Shown here piece after piece: positions 1 to 9,308 of a stretch of DNA of 54,637 nucleotides. Position numbers and translations under genes: made by a program. This DNA comes from Bacteroidota bacterium. Its GTDB lineage: Bacteria > Bacteroidota > Bacteroidia > Chitinophagales > Chitinophagaceae. The stretch is taken from contig JBDKLG010000004.1 in the NCBI GenBank assembly GCA_039795695.1, forward strand, positions 1 through 54,637. The letters are read 5' to 3'. The first letter of the stretch is position 1. Every line of letters starts with the position of its first letter. Under the pieces are notes generated by a model, which was not told the origin of the DNA, did no database searches, and saw only the letters and a list, made by a program, of their open reading frames with translations.

Positions 1-1170
1 ACACTTGGGGTATCATTCAATAATTTCTCCCTCAGGAATATCTTTAAGAAATCTGCCTGGGATCCATTGCCCATGGGCGACGGACAGAAACTGAGTATTC
101 GTGCGCAGAGTAATGGTAAAGCATTCCGCTCCTATAATTTCTCCTTCACCGAGCCATGGCTGGGAGGAAAGAAAAGAAATGCCCTCACATTCAGTGTATT
201 CAATACCAAATACGGTCAAACCTATGATCCTTTAACAGGCTTGTACAACCCGGAAATTGCCAATATCCGCTATATCAATACAACCGGGGCTACTTTGAGT
301 CTTGCCAAACAGTTAAAATGGCCCGATGACTTTTTCACTTTGTCGATGGGGATCAACTATACCAGGTACAAGCTGAGCAATTATGCCATTGACCCAACCA
401 ATCTTCCCGGTTTTGAAAACGGGGTAGTCAATAACCTGAATTTCCGTGTTTCACTGTCGCGTTCATCCATCGACCAGCCATTGTTTCCCCGTTCAGGGTC
501 CAATTTCCTGCTTAGTTTGCAGTTAACACCGCCTTATTCCTTTATTGACCAGCACCTGGCCAATCAGAACAATCCTTATAACTGGATTGAATACCATAAA
601 TGGAGATTCAATGGCGAATGGTATGTGCCATTGGGTAAGCCGCATGGGGAAGACAGGAATAAGCAGTTTGTATTGAAAGCATCGGCCAAAATGGGCTTTA
701 TCGGAAAATACAATGATGTATTTGAGACCTCGCCATTTGAAAGATTCCAGGTGGGTGATGCGGGTTTAAGTAACCAGTTTGCCTTATTGGGTTACGATAT
801 CATCGCACACAGAGGATATCCTGTATACGACAATTCCAATCCCAAAATAAATCCCGACAAGCAGAATGCCAGCCAGTATTTTACCATATTCAACAAGTAT
901 ACACTGGAAATGCGTTACCCGCTTAGCTTAAACCCAAGCAGCACCATTTATGCACTCACCTTTTTTGAAGCTGCCAACGGATGGTATACCTTCAAAGATT
1001 ACAATCCTTTCAGGCTAAGAAGGTCGGTAGGCTTTGGTATGCGCTTCTTTTTACCCATGTTTGGGCTATTGGGATTCGATTATGGCATAGGATTGGATAG
1101 GTTTACTCCAGGAAGCTCCCTCAAAGATGCAGCAAGGTTTACCTTTATGCTGGGCTTTGAACCGGAATAA
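1..1170 (+). CDS. bamA: Outer membrane protein assembly factor BamA, 5'-truncated (C-terminal beta-barrel)
   Basis: Frame is open from base 1 (TLGVSFNNFS...). Contains FSFTEPWL, the HRGY loop-6 motif and the C-terminal GFGMRFFLPMFGLLGFDYG...FTFMLG. Followed by two OmpH genes and murI, the usual Bacteroidota order. Confidence 0.93.
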   Translation, partial: TLGVSFNNFSLRNIFKKSAWDPLPMGDGQKLSIRAQSNGKAFRSYNFSFTEPWLGGKKRNALTFSVFNTKYGQTYDPLTGLYNPEIANIRYINTTGATLSLAKQLKWPDDFFTLSMGINYTRYKLSNYAIDPTNLPGFENGVVNNLNFRVSLSRSSIDQPLFPRSGSNFLLSLQLTPPYSFIDQHLANQNNPYNWIEYHKWRFNGEWYVPLGKPHGEDRNKQFVLKASAKMGFIGKYNDVFETSPFERFQVGDAGLSNQFALLGYDIIAHRGYPVYDNSNPKINPDKQNASQYFTIFNKYTLEMRYPLSLNPSSTIYALTFFEAANGWYTFKDYNPFRLRRSVGFGMRFFLPMFGLLGFDYGIGLDRFTPGSSLKDAARFTFMLGFEPE

Positions 1171-1196
1171 TCCAATCAAACCTAAAACAAAACAAC

Positions 1197-1712
1197 ATGA
1201 AAAAAATAGTACTCTTATCCGTTCTGCTGCTGGCACTCACATGTACTGCTCAGGCACAGCGCTATGCGATTATCGATACCAAGTACATCCTCAGCAAAAT
1301 ACCCGAATACAAGGATGCAGATAAAAAACTGCAGCTGGTTGGGGAACAATGGCAAAAGGAAATCGATGACAAGCAAACCCAGCTCGACAAAATGTATAAG
1401 AACTATGAAGCCGAACAGTTTATGCTAACGGATGAGCTGAAAAAGAAAAGGGAAGACGAGCTTTTTGTGCGAGAGAAGGAAGTGAGGGAACTGCAGAAAA
1501 AGCGATTTGGCTACGAAGGCGACCTGTTTAAGGAAAGGCAAAAACTGGTGAAACCCATACAGGATAAAGTGTACAATGTGATTCAAAAAATGGCCATTGC
1601 CAAAGCTTATGATTTTGTACTGGATAAAAGTGAAGGAATAACCATTATATTTGCCGACCCTAAACTGGATAAAAGCGAAGATGTTTTGAAGGATTTAGGT
1701 ATTAAAAACTAG
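1197..1712 (+). CDS. skp: OmpH/Skp periplasmic chaperone
   Basis: Signal peptide, 'YAIIDTKYILSKIPEY', long coiled coil, C-terminal 'YDFVLDKS'; directly downstream of bamA. Confidence 0.9.
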   Translation: MKKIVLLSVLLLALTCTAQAQRYAIIDTKYILSKIPEYKDADKKLQLVGEQWQKEIDDKQTQLDKMYKNYEAEQFMLTDELKKKREDELFVREKEVRELQKKRFGYEGDLFKERQKLVKPIQDKVYNVIQKMAIAKAYDFVLDKSEGITIIFADPKLDKSEDVLKDLGIKN

Positions 1713-1744
1713 TCAAAATAAAACCAATCATAAATTTCACTAAA

Positions 1745-2344
1745 ATGAAGAAATTACTATTTGTGTGTGTGGCTTTTGCAGCAAGCCTTTTGTTTACCCA
1801 GCAGTCATCCGCCCAAGCGACCAAAATAGGTTACTTTGATGAGCAACTTACTTTGTCATTATTTCCGGGTATCGGGAAAGTAGATACTTTAATGAATAGC
1901 TACCAGAACGATTCTCTCAGAGCAGAATATGAATACAGGGTTTATGAGTTTCAGCGTGCCGACAGTATCTTCAAAAAAGATTCTGCTACCATGCCTGTTA
2001 AAGCAAGAGAACTGGCTACCAGAGACCTGAATCAGAAAAGATATACATTGGTTAACTGGCAGCAGATTGGCCAGCAGATGTATGAGGCTAAAATGGAACA
2101 GTTGCTGAATCCATACAAGCAAAGGATGTTTGATGCATTGAAGCAGGTAGTTGCCGAACAGAAATATACTTATGTATTAACTGCACAGGCTTTATCTCCC
2201 TATGCTCAGCCCCCATTGCTGGATAATTTATCTATCCGTGTGGCCATGAAGCTTAAATTGCCTTTGACCAAGGAAATTGAAGATGCGTGGAAAGTGGCAT
2301 CCGGCGCGGGTTCTGCAGCTCCTGCAACCCCGGCTAAAAAATAA
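1745..2344 (+). CDS. OmpH/Skp family protein (second paralogue)
   Basis: Signal peptide, 'KIGYFD', helical middle, 'VVAEQKYTYVL'; tandem with the first OmpH. Confidence 0.85.
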   Translation: MKKLLFVCVAFAASLLFTQQSSAQATKIGYFDEQLTLSLFPGIGKVDTLMNSYQNDSLRAEYEYRVYEFQRADSIFKKDSATMPVKARELATRDLNQKRYTLVNWQQIGQQMYEAKMEQLLNPYKQRMFDALKQVVAEQKYTYVLTAQALSPYAQPPLLDNLSIRVAMKLKLPLTKEIEDAWKVASGAGSAAPATPAKK

Positions 2345-2362
2345 TTTTACCCGAAAGAATAT

Positions 2363-2401
2363 AAATAAGCTCCCCATTCTACGGATGGGGAGCTTATTTT
2401 T
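2363..2401 (+). terminator. Rho-independent terminator after the skp paralogue
   Basis: 15-bp perfect stem AAATAAGCTCCCCAT (2363-2377) / ATGGGGAGCTTATTT (2385-2399), 7-nt loop, ending in a T run. Confidence 0.8.
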
Positions 2402-2405
2402 GTAT

Positions 2406-3254
2406 ATGCCCTCAACAGCACCCATAGGAATATTTGATAGTGGTTATGGCGGATTAACCGTATTGAAAGAAATTGTAAAAGAATTGCCCCAATACGATTA
2501 TCTCTATATGGGTGATAATGCCCGCGCTCCTTATGGTCCAAGGTCTTTCGACACAGTTTATCAATATACCCTCGAAGCCGTAAAATGGTTTTTTTCCCAG
2601 GGTTCGGAACTGGTGGTATTGGCCTGTAATACAGCTTCTGCAAAAGCACTAAGAACCATACAACAAAAAGACCTTCCCCTGATTGATGCCCGGAAAAGAG
2701 TACTGGGGGTAATCAGGCCAACTACTGAAATCATTGGAAAATATTCAACATCCAAAAAAGTGGGAATACTGGGAACTGCCGGAACCGTTTTAAGTGAAAG
2801 CTATCCCATTGAAGTGGCAAAATTTTTTCCGGATATACAGGTTTTCCAGGAAGCCTGTCCGATGTGGGTCCCCCTTATTGAAAACAACGAATTCGACTCT
2901 CCCGGTGCAGATTATTTTGTAGAAAAGCATCTTCGGCAATTATTGGGTAAATCAGCCGGAATCGATACCCTGGTATTGGCCTGTACGCATTACCCCCTGC
3001 TGCTCAAAAAAATACAAGGCTTGGTACCGGCCGGAATCTCCATCCTTTCGCAGGGTGAAATTGTGGCAAGAAGTTTGGCCCAATACCTCCGAAATCACCC
3101 GGAAATTGACCAAAAATGCTCAAAAAATGGCCAGAAAGCCTTTTTTACCACCGATTCGGTAGTAGATTTTGACAACCATGCCAGTATTTTTTTCGGGGCA
3201 CCAATCCATTCAAAACACCTGGATTTGGCCAATTTTCCGGCTAAAAAGCCCTAA
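2406..3254 (+). CDS. murI: Glutamate racemase
   Basis: IGIFDSGYGGLTV, ACNTA and LACTHYP catalytic Cys motifs. ATG at 2406 is preferred over the ORF-track start, which overlaps the upstream gene and terminator. Confidence 0.95.
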   Translation: MPSTAPIGIFDSGYGGLTVLKEIVKELPQYDYLYMGDNARAPYGPRSFDTVYQYTLEAVKWFFSQGSELVVLACNTASAKALRTIQQKDLPLIDARKRVLGVIRPTTEIIGKYSTSKKVGILGTAGTVLSESYPIEVAKFFPDIQVFQEACPMWVPLIENNEFDSPGADYFVEKHLRQLLGKSAGIDTLVLACTHYPLLLKKIQGLVPAGISILSQGEIVARSLAQYLRNHPEIDQKCSKNGQKAFFTTDSVVDFDNHASIFFGAPIHSKHLDLANFPAKKP

Positions 3255-3312
3255 TAAGCGGCTAAATACCAAAAAACGCCCGATTTACTGCAAATAATAT
3301 ACTTGATTTCCT

Positions 3313-3320
3313 TACCTTTG
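3313..3320 (+). promoter_or_regulatory. Bacteroidota sigma-A -7 element for rpmH
   Basis: TACCTTTG matches TAnnTTTG, ~80 nt upstream of the rpmH ATG. Confidence 0.65.
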
Positions 3321-3399
3321 CCGTCCTTTCACAGGCAGCGGTATGGTGACTGCAGGCATGAAAAGAAACAATATTACAGGGTAGTAAAAAAAACAGATC

Positions 3400-3555
3400 A
3401 TGAAACGTACATTCCAACCTCACAAACGTCGTCGTAAAACCGTTCACGGTTTCCGCAAGCGTATGGAATCTGCCAATGGCCGTAAAGTATTGTCAAGCCG
3501 CAGAGCGAAAGGTCGTAAGAAACTCACAGTTTCCAGCGAAAAAGGATTAAAATAA
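3400..3555 (+). CDS. rpmH: 50S ribosomal protein L34 (missing from the ORF track because of its length)
   Basis: Hand translation: [51 protein letters not shown] (51 aa); upstream of rnpA. Confidence 0.97.
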   Translation: MKRTFQPHKRRRKTVHGFRKRMESANGRKVLSSRRAKGRKKLTVSSEKGLK

Positions 3556-3594
3556 TCAACCATCTCCCCCGATGAGGGGAACAGGAAAAAATAT

Positions 3595-3621
3595 AGCCTC
3601 ATCTTTTGATGAGGCTTTTTT
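3595..3621 (+). terminator. Intrinsic terminator between rpmH and rnpA
   Basis: Stem AGCCTCATC / GATGAGGCT with a TTTT loop, followed by a T run. Confidence 0.75.
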
Positions 3622-3635
3622 AGTTTAGCAGTAGC

Positions 3636-4022
3636 ATGGCAGCAACCTATACCTATCATAAAGCAGAAAAACTCAAAAGCCGTAAAGTGCTTAACCGTTT
3701 GTTTACGGAAGGGAAATCTTTTTCTGTATTTCCTGTCAAATTATTTTATGCGATAGATGATGACAATACTGCTGCAGTAAAAGCAGGTGTGGGAGTTAGT
3801 GCCAGAAATTTTAAAAAAGCGGTAGACAGGAACCGGATCAAAAGATTGCTGCGGGAATGTTACCGGCTGAACAAAATTTCTTTGCATACTTCGGCTGCGG
3901 CAAAACAAAAAGGGATCTCTCTTTTCTTTTTATTTATCGGAAAAGAATTACCCGAATACACTTACCTGCTCGAAAAAATGAAAGAGGTGCTCATTAAAAT
4001 GGAAGAAAAAATTGACAGATAA
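3636..4022 (+). CDS. rnpA: Ribonuclease P protein component
   Basis: 'EKLKSRK' and the RNR motif '[15 protein letters not shown]'; follows rpmH. Confidence 0.95.
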   Translation: MAATYTYHKAEKLKSRKVLNRLFTEGKSFSVFPVKLFYAIDDDNTAAVKAGVGVSARNFKKAVDRNRIKRLLRECYRLNKISLHTSAAAKQKGISLFFLFIGKELPEYTYLLEKMKEVLIKMEEKIDR

Positions 4023-4284
4023 AAAATCTATACCCAACCTGATTACCGCTGCGGGTAAATGGCTGGCTGTAATATTCAGCTACCCTTTTATTTTATTGAT
4101 CAGGGTTTACCAGTACATCATTTCTCCGGCCCTTGGCCCCAAATGCAGGTTTACACCTACCTGTTCACAGTATGCGGCAGAAGCACTGAAGAAACACGGT
4201 ATTATAAAAGGGGGATGGCTTTCGATAAGGCGCATCAGCAGGTGCAGGCCCGGCGGCGGTCATGGTTTTGACCCGGTACCATGA
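4012..4284 (+). CDS. yidD: Membrane protein insertion efficiency factor YidD
   Basis: '[21 protein letters not shown]...[16 protein letters not shown]'; the start is uncertain (TTG). Confidence 0.93.
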   Translation: MTDKKSIPNLITAAGKWLAVIFSYPFILLIRVYQYIISPALGPKCRFTPTCSQYAAEALKKHGIIKGGWLSIRRISRCRPGGGHGFDPVP

Positions 4285-4297
4285 TAAGCAAGTAGCA

Positions 4298-4891
4298 CTA
4301 ATTTTTTTTGGGTGCTGTAAGTACCTGCAATTTCACAATCATTTCCCTGATTTCCCTGATGCTGTAAAAACGGTATACATCCGGTGCTTTGCCATCAACG
4401 GTTTCGGCCGAAGTCATCCGATGATAAGGCCCTACAATCATGGCCTTTGTATTATCCGTAATTTTTTTGGCGGTATTCGGAAGAATGAAAAAATTTCTGT
4501 TGGCCTCACTCACATTTTTTCCCTCCAACAACAACTGAAGGGAATCGGTTTGTTTTTTCAATTCTTCCTGCGTTACAGAAGTCTGCGCTTTTTTAGGATC
4601 GCCATATTTCACAAAACTGCCAATAATGGTATCGTTCTTTACGTTTACGATGTACAAACCATTTTCCAGCAATTCAACAACGGCCTCACCGGCGGGAGTA
4701 TTTAATTTAAACACCATTTTGCCTCCACCCAGTGTGATTTCTTTTTCTTCATGACCTGCACCTTCTTTGGCGGTAATCGTTTTTGCATCAGTATTGATTA
4801 CTGCAGGGCCCTTGCTCATTACCACTATTTTTTTATCGGAGCAGGAGGCAAGAATCAATACAAATACAAAGAAAAAGTAGTGTTTATTCAT
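4298..4891 (-). CDS. Hypothetical lipoprotein
   Basis: Lipobox 'ILASC' after a hydrophobic stretch; 197 aa with no recognised domain. Confidence 0.75.
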   Translation of the reverse strand: MNKHYFFFVFVLILASCSDKKIVVMSKGPAVINTDAKTITAKEGAGHEEKEITLGGGKMVFKLNTPAGEAVVELLENGLYIVNVKNDTIIGSFVKYGDPKKAQTSVTQEELKKQTDSLQLLLEGKNVSEANRNFFILPNTAKKITDNTKAMIVGPYHRMTSAETVDGKAPDVYRFYSIREIREMIVKLQVLTAPKKN

Positions 4892-4966
4892 GGTGTTTTT
4901 TTTCAGCGGAAAGAATCGTCAACCCTTTTAAAACGGCGGGTTGTTTTTTATTTAGTGAGGTACAAT

Positions 4967-4992
4967 AAAAAGTCCCGCAATACTGCGGGACC
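4967..4992 (-). terminator. Terminator downstream of sodA
   Basis: GTCCCGCA / TGCGGGAC stem; the A run on the + strand is a U tract on the - strand. Confidence 0.7.
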
Positions 4993-5019
4993 TAAAATAA
5001 TACTATTTTCTGAGAGCGT

Positions 5020-5625
5020 TTATTTTCCGCTGTTAAAACGTTCTGCTACTTTATTCCAGTTAACCAGGTTCCAGAAAGCTGCCAGATAATCTGCACGGCG
5101 GTTCTGGTATTTCAGGTAATAAGCATGTTCCCAAACATCAGCGCCCAGGATGGGTGTTCCTTTTACTTCTGCAATATCCATGAGGGGATTGTCCTGGTTG
5201 GGGGTGGAAGAAACTTCCAGTTTGCCGTCTTTTATGATCAGCCATGCCCAGCCGCTTCCGAAACGGGTCATGCCGGCTGCGGCAAATTTTTCCTTGAATG
5301 CATCAAAAGAGCCAAATGCAGCAGCAATGGCTTCTGCCAATGCACCGGTCGGTGCCCCGCCAGCATTGGGTGCAAGGCTATCCCAAAAGAAACCATGGTT
5401 CCAGTGACCGCCACCGTTGTTGCGAACAGCCGGGCTGATAGAGCCGGCAGCAGCTACCAGTTCTGCAAGTGATTTTCCTTCATTGGGTGTGCCTGCAACA
5501 GCTTTGTTCAGGTTATCTACATAAGCCTGGTGATGCTTGCCATGGTGAATCTGCATGGTAGTTGTATCAATATGTGGTTCCAGTGCATCGTATGCATAGG
5601 GTAGGGGACTGAGTGTAAATGACAT
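5020..5625 (-). CDS. sodA: Superoxide dismutase [Mn/Fe], Mn-type signature
   Basis: [46 protein letters not shown]. The likely start is ATG at 5625 (MSFTL). Confidence 0.93.
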   Translation of the reverse strand: MSFTLSPLPYAYDALEPHIDTTTMQIHHGKHHQAYVDNLNKAVAGTPNEGKSLAELVAAAGSISPAVRNNGGGHWNHGFFWDSLAPNAGGAPTGALAEAIAAAFGSFDAFKEKFAAAGMTRFGSGWAWLIIKDGKLEVSSTPNQDNPLMDIAEVKGTPILGADVWEHAYYLKYQNRRADYLAAFWNLVNWNKVAERFNSGK

Positions 5626-5788
5626 ATTATTTATTTTAAGCGTTAAAATTTCAGGTTTCAATAACGGATTACGAATTTACAATTGTTATGCCTATAACAA
5701 TGAATGAGCAGAAATTGTTTCTTAATTCGAAAGAAAGGATTGTTGGGTTGCAGGGCAGGCCCTCTTTACTGCCGGTACCCAAGGGGTA

Positions 5789-6235
5789 TCATCTCTTGCT
5801 TTTAAAAAATGACCGCATCAGTTGGGCGCATTCATCCTGTAAAATGCCGGATACCAGTTCGGTTTTGGGATGAAAGGGCCAGTTTTCTCTGGTGATATGT
5901 TTAAAACCGTTTTTTTCATCCGGTGTACCGTAAACGATCCGGCCTATCTTGCTCCAGTATAAAGCACCACAGCACATCAGGCAGGGTTCAACGGTTACAT
6001 AGAGGGTTGCTTCAGGTAAATATTTGGCACCCAGAAAATTAAAAGCAGCAGTAAGTGCAAGAATTTCTGCATGCGCAGTTGCATCGGTGAGAAGTTCTAC
6101 CTGGTTATGGCCTCGGGAAATAATTTTATTTTTGATTACCACAACAGCACCTACAGGAACTTCATCGGCTTCATAAGCCAGCACAGCCTCTTTAATTGCC
6201 TGCTGCATGAAATAGGTATCGTCGTATTCAATCAT
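5789..6235 (-). CDS. tadA: tRNA-specific adenosine deaminase / nucleoside deaminase
   Basis: EVPVGAV, HAE and EPCLMC zinc-deaminase motifs. Confidence 0.88.
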   Translation of the reverse strand: MIEYDDTYFMQQAIKEAVLAYEADEVPVGAVVVIKNKIISRGHNQVELLTDATAHAEILALTAAFNFLGAKYLPEATLYVTVEPCLMCCGALYWSKIGRIVYGTPDEKNGFKHITRENWPFHPKTELVSGILQDECAQLMRSFFKSKR

Positions 6236-6277
6236 CAGGTAAAATTAAACAATCTGTGGAAGCAGTTATTGCCGGCT

Positions 6278-6892
6278 TTATTTTTTCTGGTATTTCCAAT
6301 TGCGGATCTTTCCTTCAGCAATCCATTCGATGGCTGTTTGCAACCTGCTTAATCTGGTAGTTTCCGTTTTAGCTTCCGTAACCCATTGCAGGTACTCTTT
6401 TTTTTGTGAGTAGCTGAAAGCTTCAAAAACTGCTGTTGCTTTTTTGTTTTTCTGCAGGGCAGACCTGAAATAACCAGGCAGGACCAATGGTTCTTTCACA
6501 ACAGCTTTTTTCCTGGCTGGAAGTTTAATACCCTCATCATTTAATTTTTTCGCTGCTTTGATAAAACCAATGATGGTTTTGTCGGGAGGAAGGTCGTGGA
6601 TGCCGGTGATTTTGCCCAGGCTGCCCATGGCTTCATCGCGCCTGGCGGAGAGGATGCCTTTGGGATCGGGAATGAGTGCTGTTTTCCAGAAACCAAAACT
6701 GCAATGCCCTTTAAAAGCGGCCATGCTGCAAAAAGGCCCTTTGTAATCAAAGCAGGGGAAACTCCATTTGATATTTTCTGCTACTTCTGGGCAGGCAGCA
6801 TGCACCAACTTACGCAAATGCTGTAAAACAGGCCTGGCGAAATCTGCAGATTTCGCAATATAGGCATCTACTTTTTTATTCATTGCCGGCAT
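6278..6892 (-). CDS. YdeI/OmpD-associated family protein with N-terminal DUF1801
   Basis: 'VDAYI...LRKLVHAACPEVAENIKWSFPCF' and C-terminal 'FSYSQKKEYLQWVTEAKTETTR..R'. The upstream ORF extension overlaps a terminator, so the start is placed at 6892. Confidence 0.85.
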   Translation of the reverse strand: MPAMNKKVDAYIAKSADFARPVLQHLRKLVHAACPEVAENIKWSFPCFDYKGPFCSMAAFKGHCSFGFWKTALIPDPKGILSARRDEAMGSLGKITGIHDLPPDKTIIGFIKAAKKLNDEGIKLPARKKAVVKEPLVLPGYFRSALQKNKKATAVFEAFSYSQKKEYLQWVTEAKTETTRLSRLQTAIEWIAEGKIRNWKYQKK

Positions 6893-6925
6893 AGGGTTAA
6901 TTTTCTTAGCAGTTCTGTTGTCAAC

Positions 6926-6954
6926 AAAAAAACCGCCTGTAAGAGGGCGGCTTT
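6926..6954 (-). terminator. Terminator ending the minus-strand DUF1080 operon
   Basis: On the - strand: AAAGCCGCC-CTCTTACA-GGCGGTTTTTTT. Confidence 0.75.
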
Positions 6955-6992
6955 CTTGGGTTACCAATATTTTTTACCGGTAAACATATTGC

Positions 6993-7718
6993 TTATAATT
7001 TTTTGATCTCTATGTTTTTGAACCAAACATCATTGCCATGATCCTGTAAGGCAATATGCCCATTGAATTTTACGGCAAAATCGGGCCTGATTTTAAACTT
7101 GCTTCCCGCAATCATTTGTTTCCAGTTTTCATCGCCATATTTGGTGGAAACAACATTTACACCGTTAAGAAAAAAATCCAGTTTCCCTTTGTTACAGATA
7201 ATTTCTGACAGGTTCCATTCACCTACTGGTTTTACGGCACCTTCTTTTCCTTCTACCAGGTCGTATAAGTTACCCGCCCTGTGTTTGATGATTTTTCCGT
7301 CGGGGTGGCCGTCATTATCCAGCACCTGCATTTCAGGTCCGGTATGCCATACATATTCATATTTTACGGGGTCATCCTGTACCCAGAAAATAACACCGCT
7401 GTTGCCGTTCTTTGAAATTTTCCATTCCAGTTTCAGGTGAAAATTTTCAAAAGAGCTTTCCGATACGATATCGCCTCCTCCTTCTCCTTTATGGGCTGCT
7501 TTGTATGCACCATCCAGGTACAATTCACCGTTAGCTACTTTCCAGGCTTCACCTGCCGTTGTTTTTCCGAATGTATGCCAACCACCGGTTGTTTTTCCAT
7601 CGAAAAGAGGGGTCCATCCTTTGTTGGTTTGCTTAAACGGGTGAGTGACTTTTTTTGGAAAAGGGGTAAAAGCCATAGTGGCAAAAGCAAGTATGGCAAA
7701 GGCTGATGGTATTTTCAT
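6993..7718 (-). CDS. DUF1080 family 3-keto-glycoside hydrolase/hydratase, secreted
   Basis: 'GWTPLFDGKT..GW', 'NFHLKLEWK...GNSGV', 'GPEMQVLD', 'GEWN', 'GHIALQDHG..VWFKNI'. Confidence 0.9.
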   Translation of the reverse strand: MKIPSAFAILAFATMAFTPFPKKVTHPFKQTNKGWTPLFDGKTTGGWHTFGKTTAGEAWKVANGELYLDGAYKAAHKGEGGGDIVSESSFENFHLKLEWKISKNGNSGVIFWVQDDPVKYEYVWHTGPEMQVLDNDGHPDGKIIKHRAGNLYDLVEGKEGAVKPVGEWNLSEIICNKGKLDFFLNGVNVVSTKYGDENWKQMIAGSKFKIRPDFAVKFNGHIALQDHGNDVWFKNIEIKKL

Positions 7719-7720
7719 GT

Positions 7721-8116
7721 TTATTTATTGCGGAGTAAAAGGATGTATTTCACCATTTGTTTGGCATCATCTTCTGAAAGCTGTGCATGTGGCGTCATTG
7801 GAATAGCTCCCCATACACCTGTTCCGCCCTTGATGATTTTTTCTGCAAGCAGCTTGATGTTTTCATCGGTGCTCTCATATTTCATAGCAACGTCCTTATA
7901 GGCAGGTCCGGTAAGTTTTTCACTTACTTTATGGCAGGTAAGGCAGTCTGATTTGGCAACCAGCTCCAATCCTTTCTGGTAATCAGGATTCGCACTTAGT
8001 GTTGAACTGGTGCCGGCAGCCGGAGCTGTATTTTTATCGTCTTTTTTTTCACTGTTATTATTGCTGCATGCCACAATAAGGGCCATGAAGGAAAGGGATA
8101 CGAAAATTTTTTTCAA
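7721..8116 (-). CDS. c-type cytochrome (c551/c552-like) lipoprotein
   Basis: Lipobox LIVAC, heme motif CLTCH, 'GPAY', 'GVWGAIPM'; TTG start. Confidence 0.9.
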   Translation of the reverse strand: MKKIFVSLSFMALIVACSNNNSEKKDDKNTAPAAGTSSTLSANPDYQKGLELVAKSDCLTCHKVSEKLTGPAYKDVAMKYESTDENIKLLAEKIIKGGTGVWGAIPMTPHAQLSEDDAKQMVKYILLLRNK

Positions 8117-8188
8117 AGTGATTTGTTTTTATGGTGATGAATCTTTTTTCCTGCTGTTTATTTACCATTTATCCGAACCGGAAAGTTA

Positions 8189-9244
8189 TCAATCAATTCC
8201 AAGAATGCGACGATTAAAATTTTCATCGGAACCGGTTCCTGCAAAATCGTCGAATGCTTTTTCGGTTACTTTGATAATATGGTTCTTTATAAAAGGAGCC
8301 CCTTCGGCCGCTCCTGTAGCTGCATCTTTGATGGCACATTCCCATTCCAATACAGCCCAGCCCTTGTAGTGATAGGCTGCAAGCTTGCTGAAGATTGATT
8401 TAAAATCAACCTGCCCATCCCCCAATGAACGGAAACGTCCTGCGCGCCCTACCCAGTTCTGGTAACCGCCATATACCCCCTGTTTTCCTGTGGGATTGAA
8501 CTCGGCATCTTTTACATGAAACATCTTAATACGCTCATGGTAAAAATCAATATAGCTAAGGTAATCCAGGCACTGCAAAACAAAATGTGAGGGATCATAC
8601 AAAAGACAGGCCCTCTTGTGGTTGTTTACTTTGGCAAGAAACATTTCATATGTAATGCCATCGTGCAGGTCTTCACCGGGATGTATTTCATAGCAGAGGT
8701 CCACCCCCTGTTCATCAAATGTATTCAATATGGGCATCCATCGTTTTCCCAATTCAGTAAAACCGGTTTCAACCAGTCCGGCAGGGCGTTGTGGCCAGGG
8801 ATAAACCGTATGCCATAACAATGCTCCGCTGAATGTAGCATGTGCATCCAGCCCTAAATTGCGGGAGGCTTTGGCTGCATATGTTAATTGCTGCACTGCC
8901 CATTCGGTTCTCGCTTTTGGGTTGTTTCGAAGATTTTCGGGAGCGAAACCATCGAATAAGGTATCATAGGCAGGGTTAACGGCAACCAGCTGCCCCTGCA
9001 AATGAGTAGATAGTTCCGTAATGGTTAATCCGGCAGCATTTACGATGCCTTTGATCTCATCTGCATAGGTTTTACTTTCAGCAGCTTTTTGCAGGTCGAT
9101 GCAACGGCTGTCCCAGCTTGGAATCTGTACACCCACGAAACCCAGTGATGCGGCCCATTTGCAGATGCTTTGCAGCGAATTAAACGGGGCAGTATCTCCC
9201 ATAAACTGGGCAAGGAAGATGGCGGGACCTTTGATAGTGGTCAT
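8189..9244 (-). CDS. Sugar phosphate isomerase/epimerase (xylose-isomerase-like TIM barrel)
   Basis: 'GPAIFLAQF', 'EIHPGEDLHDG', 'DPSHF', 'HVKDAEF', 'LEWEC' metal-binding motifs. Confidence 0.85.
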   Translation of the reverse strand: MTTIKGPAIFLAQFMGDTAPFNSLQSICKWAASLGFVGVQIPSWDSRCIDLQKAAESKTYADEIKGIVNAAGLTITELSTHLQGQLVAVNPAYDTLFDGFAPENLRNNPKARTEWAVQQLTYAAKASRNLGLDAHATFSGALLWHTVYPWPQRPAGLVETGFTELGKRWMPILNTFDEQGVDLCYEIHPGEDLHDGITYEMFLAKVNNHKRACLLYDPSHFVLQCLDYLSYIDFYHERIKMFHVKDAEFNPTGKQGVYGGYQNWVGRAGRFRSLGDGQVDFKSIFSKLAAYHYKGWAVLEWECAIKDAATGAAEGAPFIKNHIIKVTEKAFDDFAGTGSDENFNRRILGID

Positions 9245-9308
9245 ATTTTTAAATTTTGAATAATTGGCATCTTAAAACGAAAAGATCAGTCGGATTTTTT
9301 GGCAATTG

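Noticed and set aside
3255-4284. Replication origin next to rpmH-rnpA-yidD
   Set aside because: No dnaA, yidC or mnmE neighbours and no DnaA-box cluster were seen; this linkage is typically broken in Bacteroidota.
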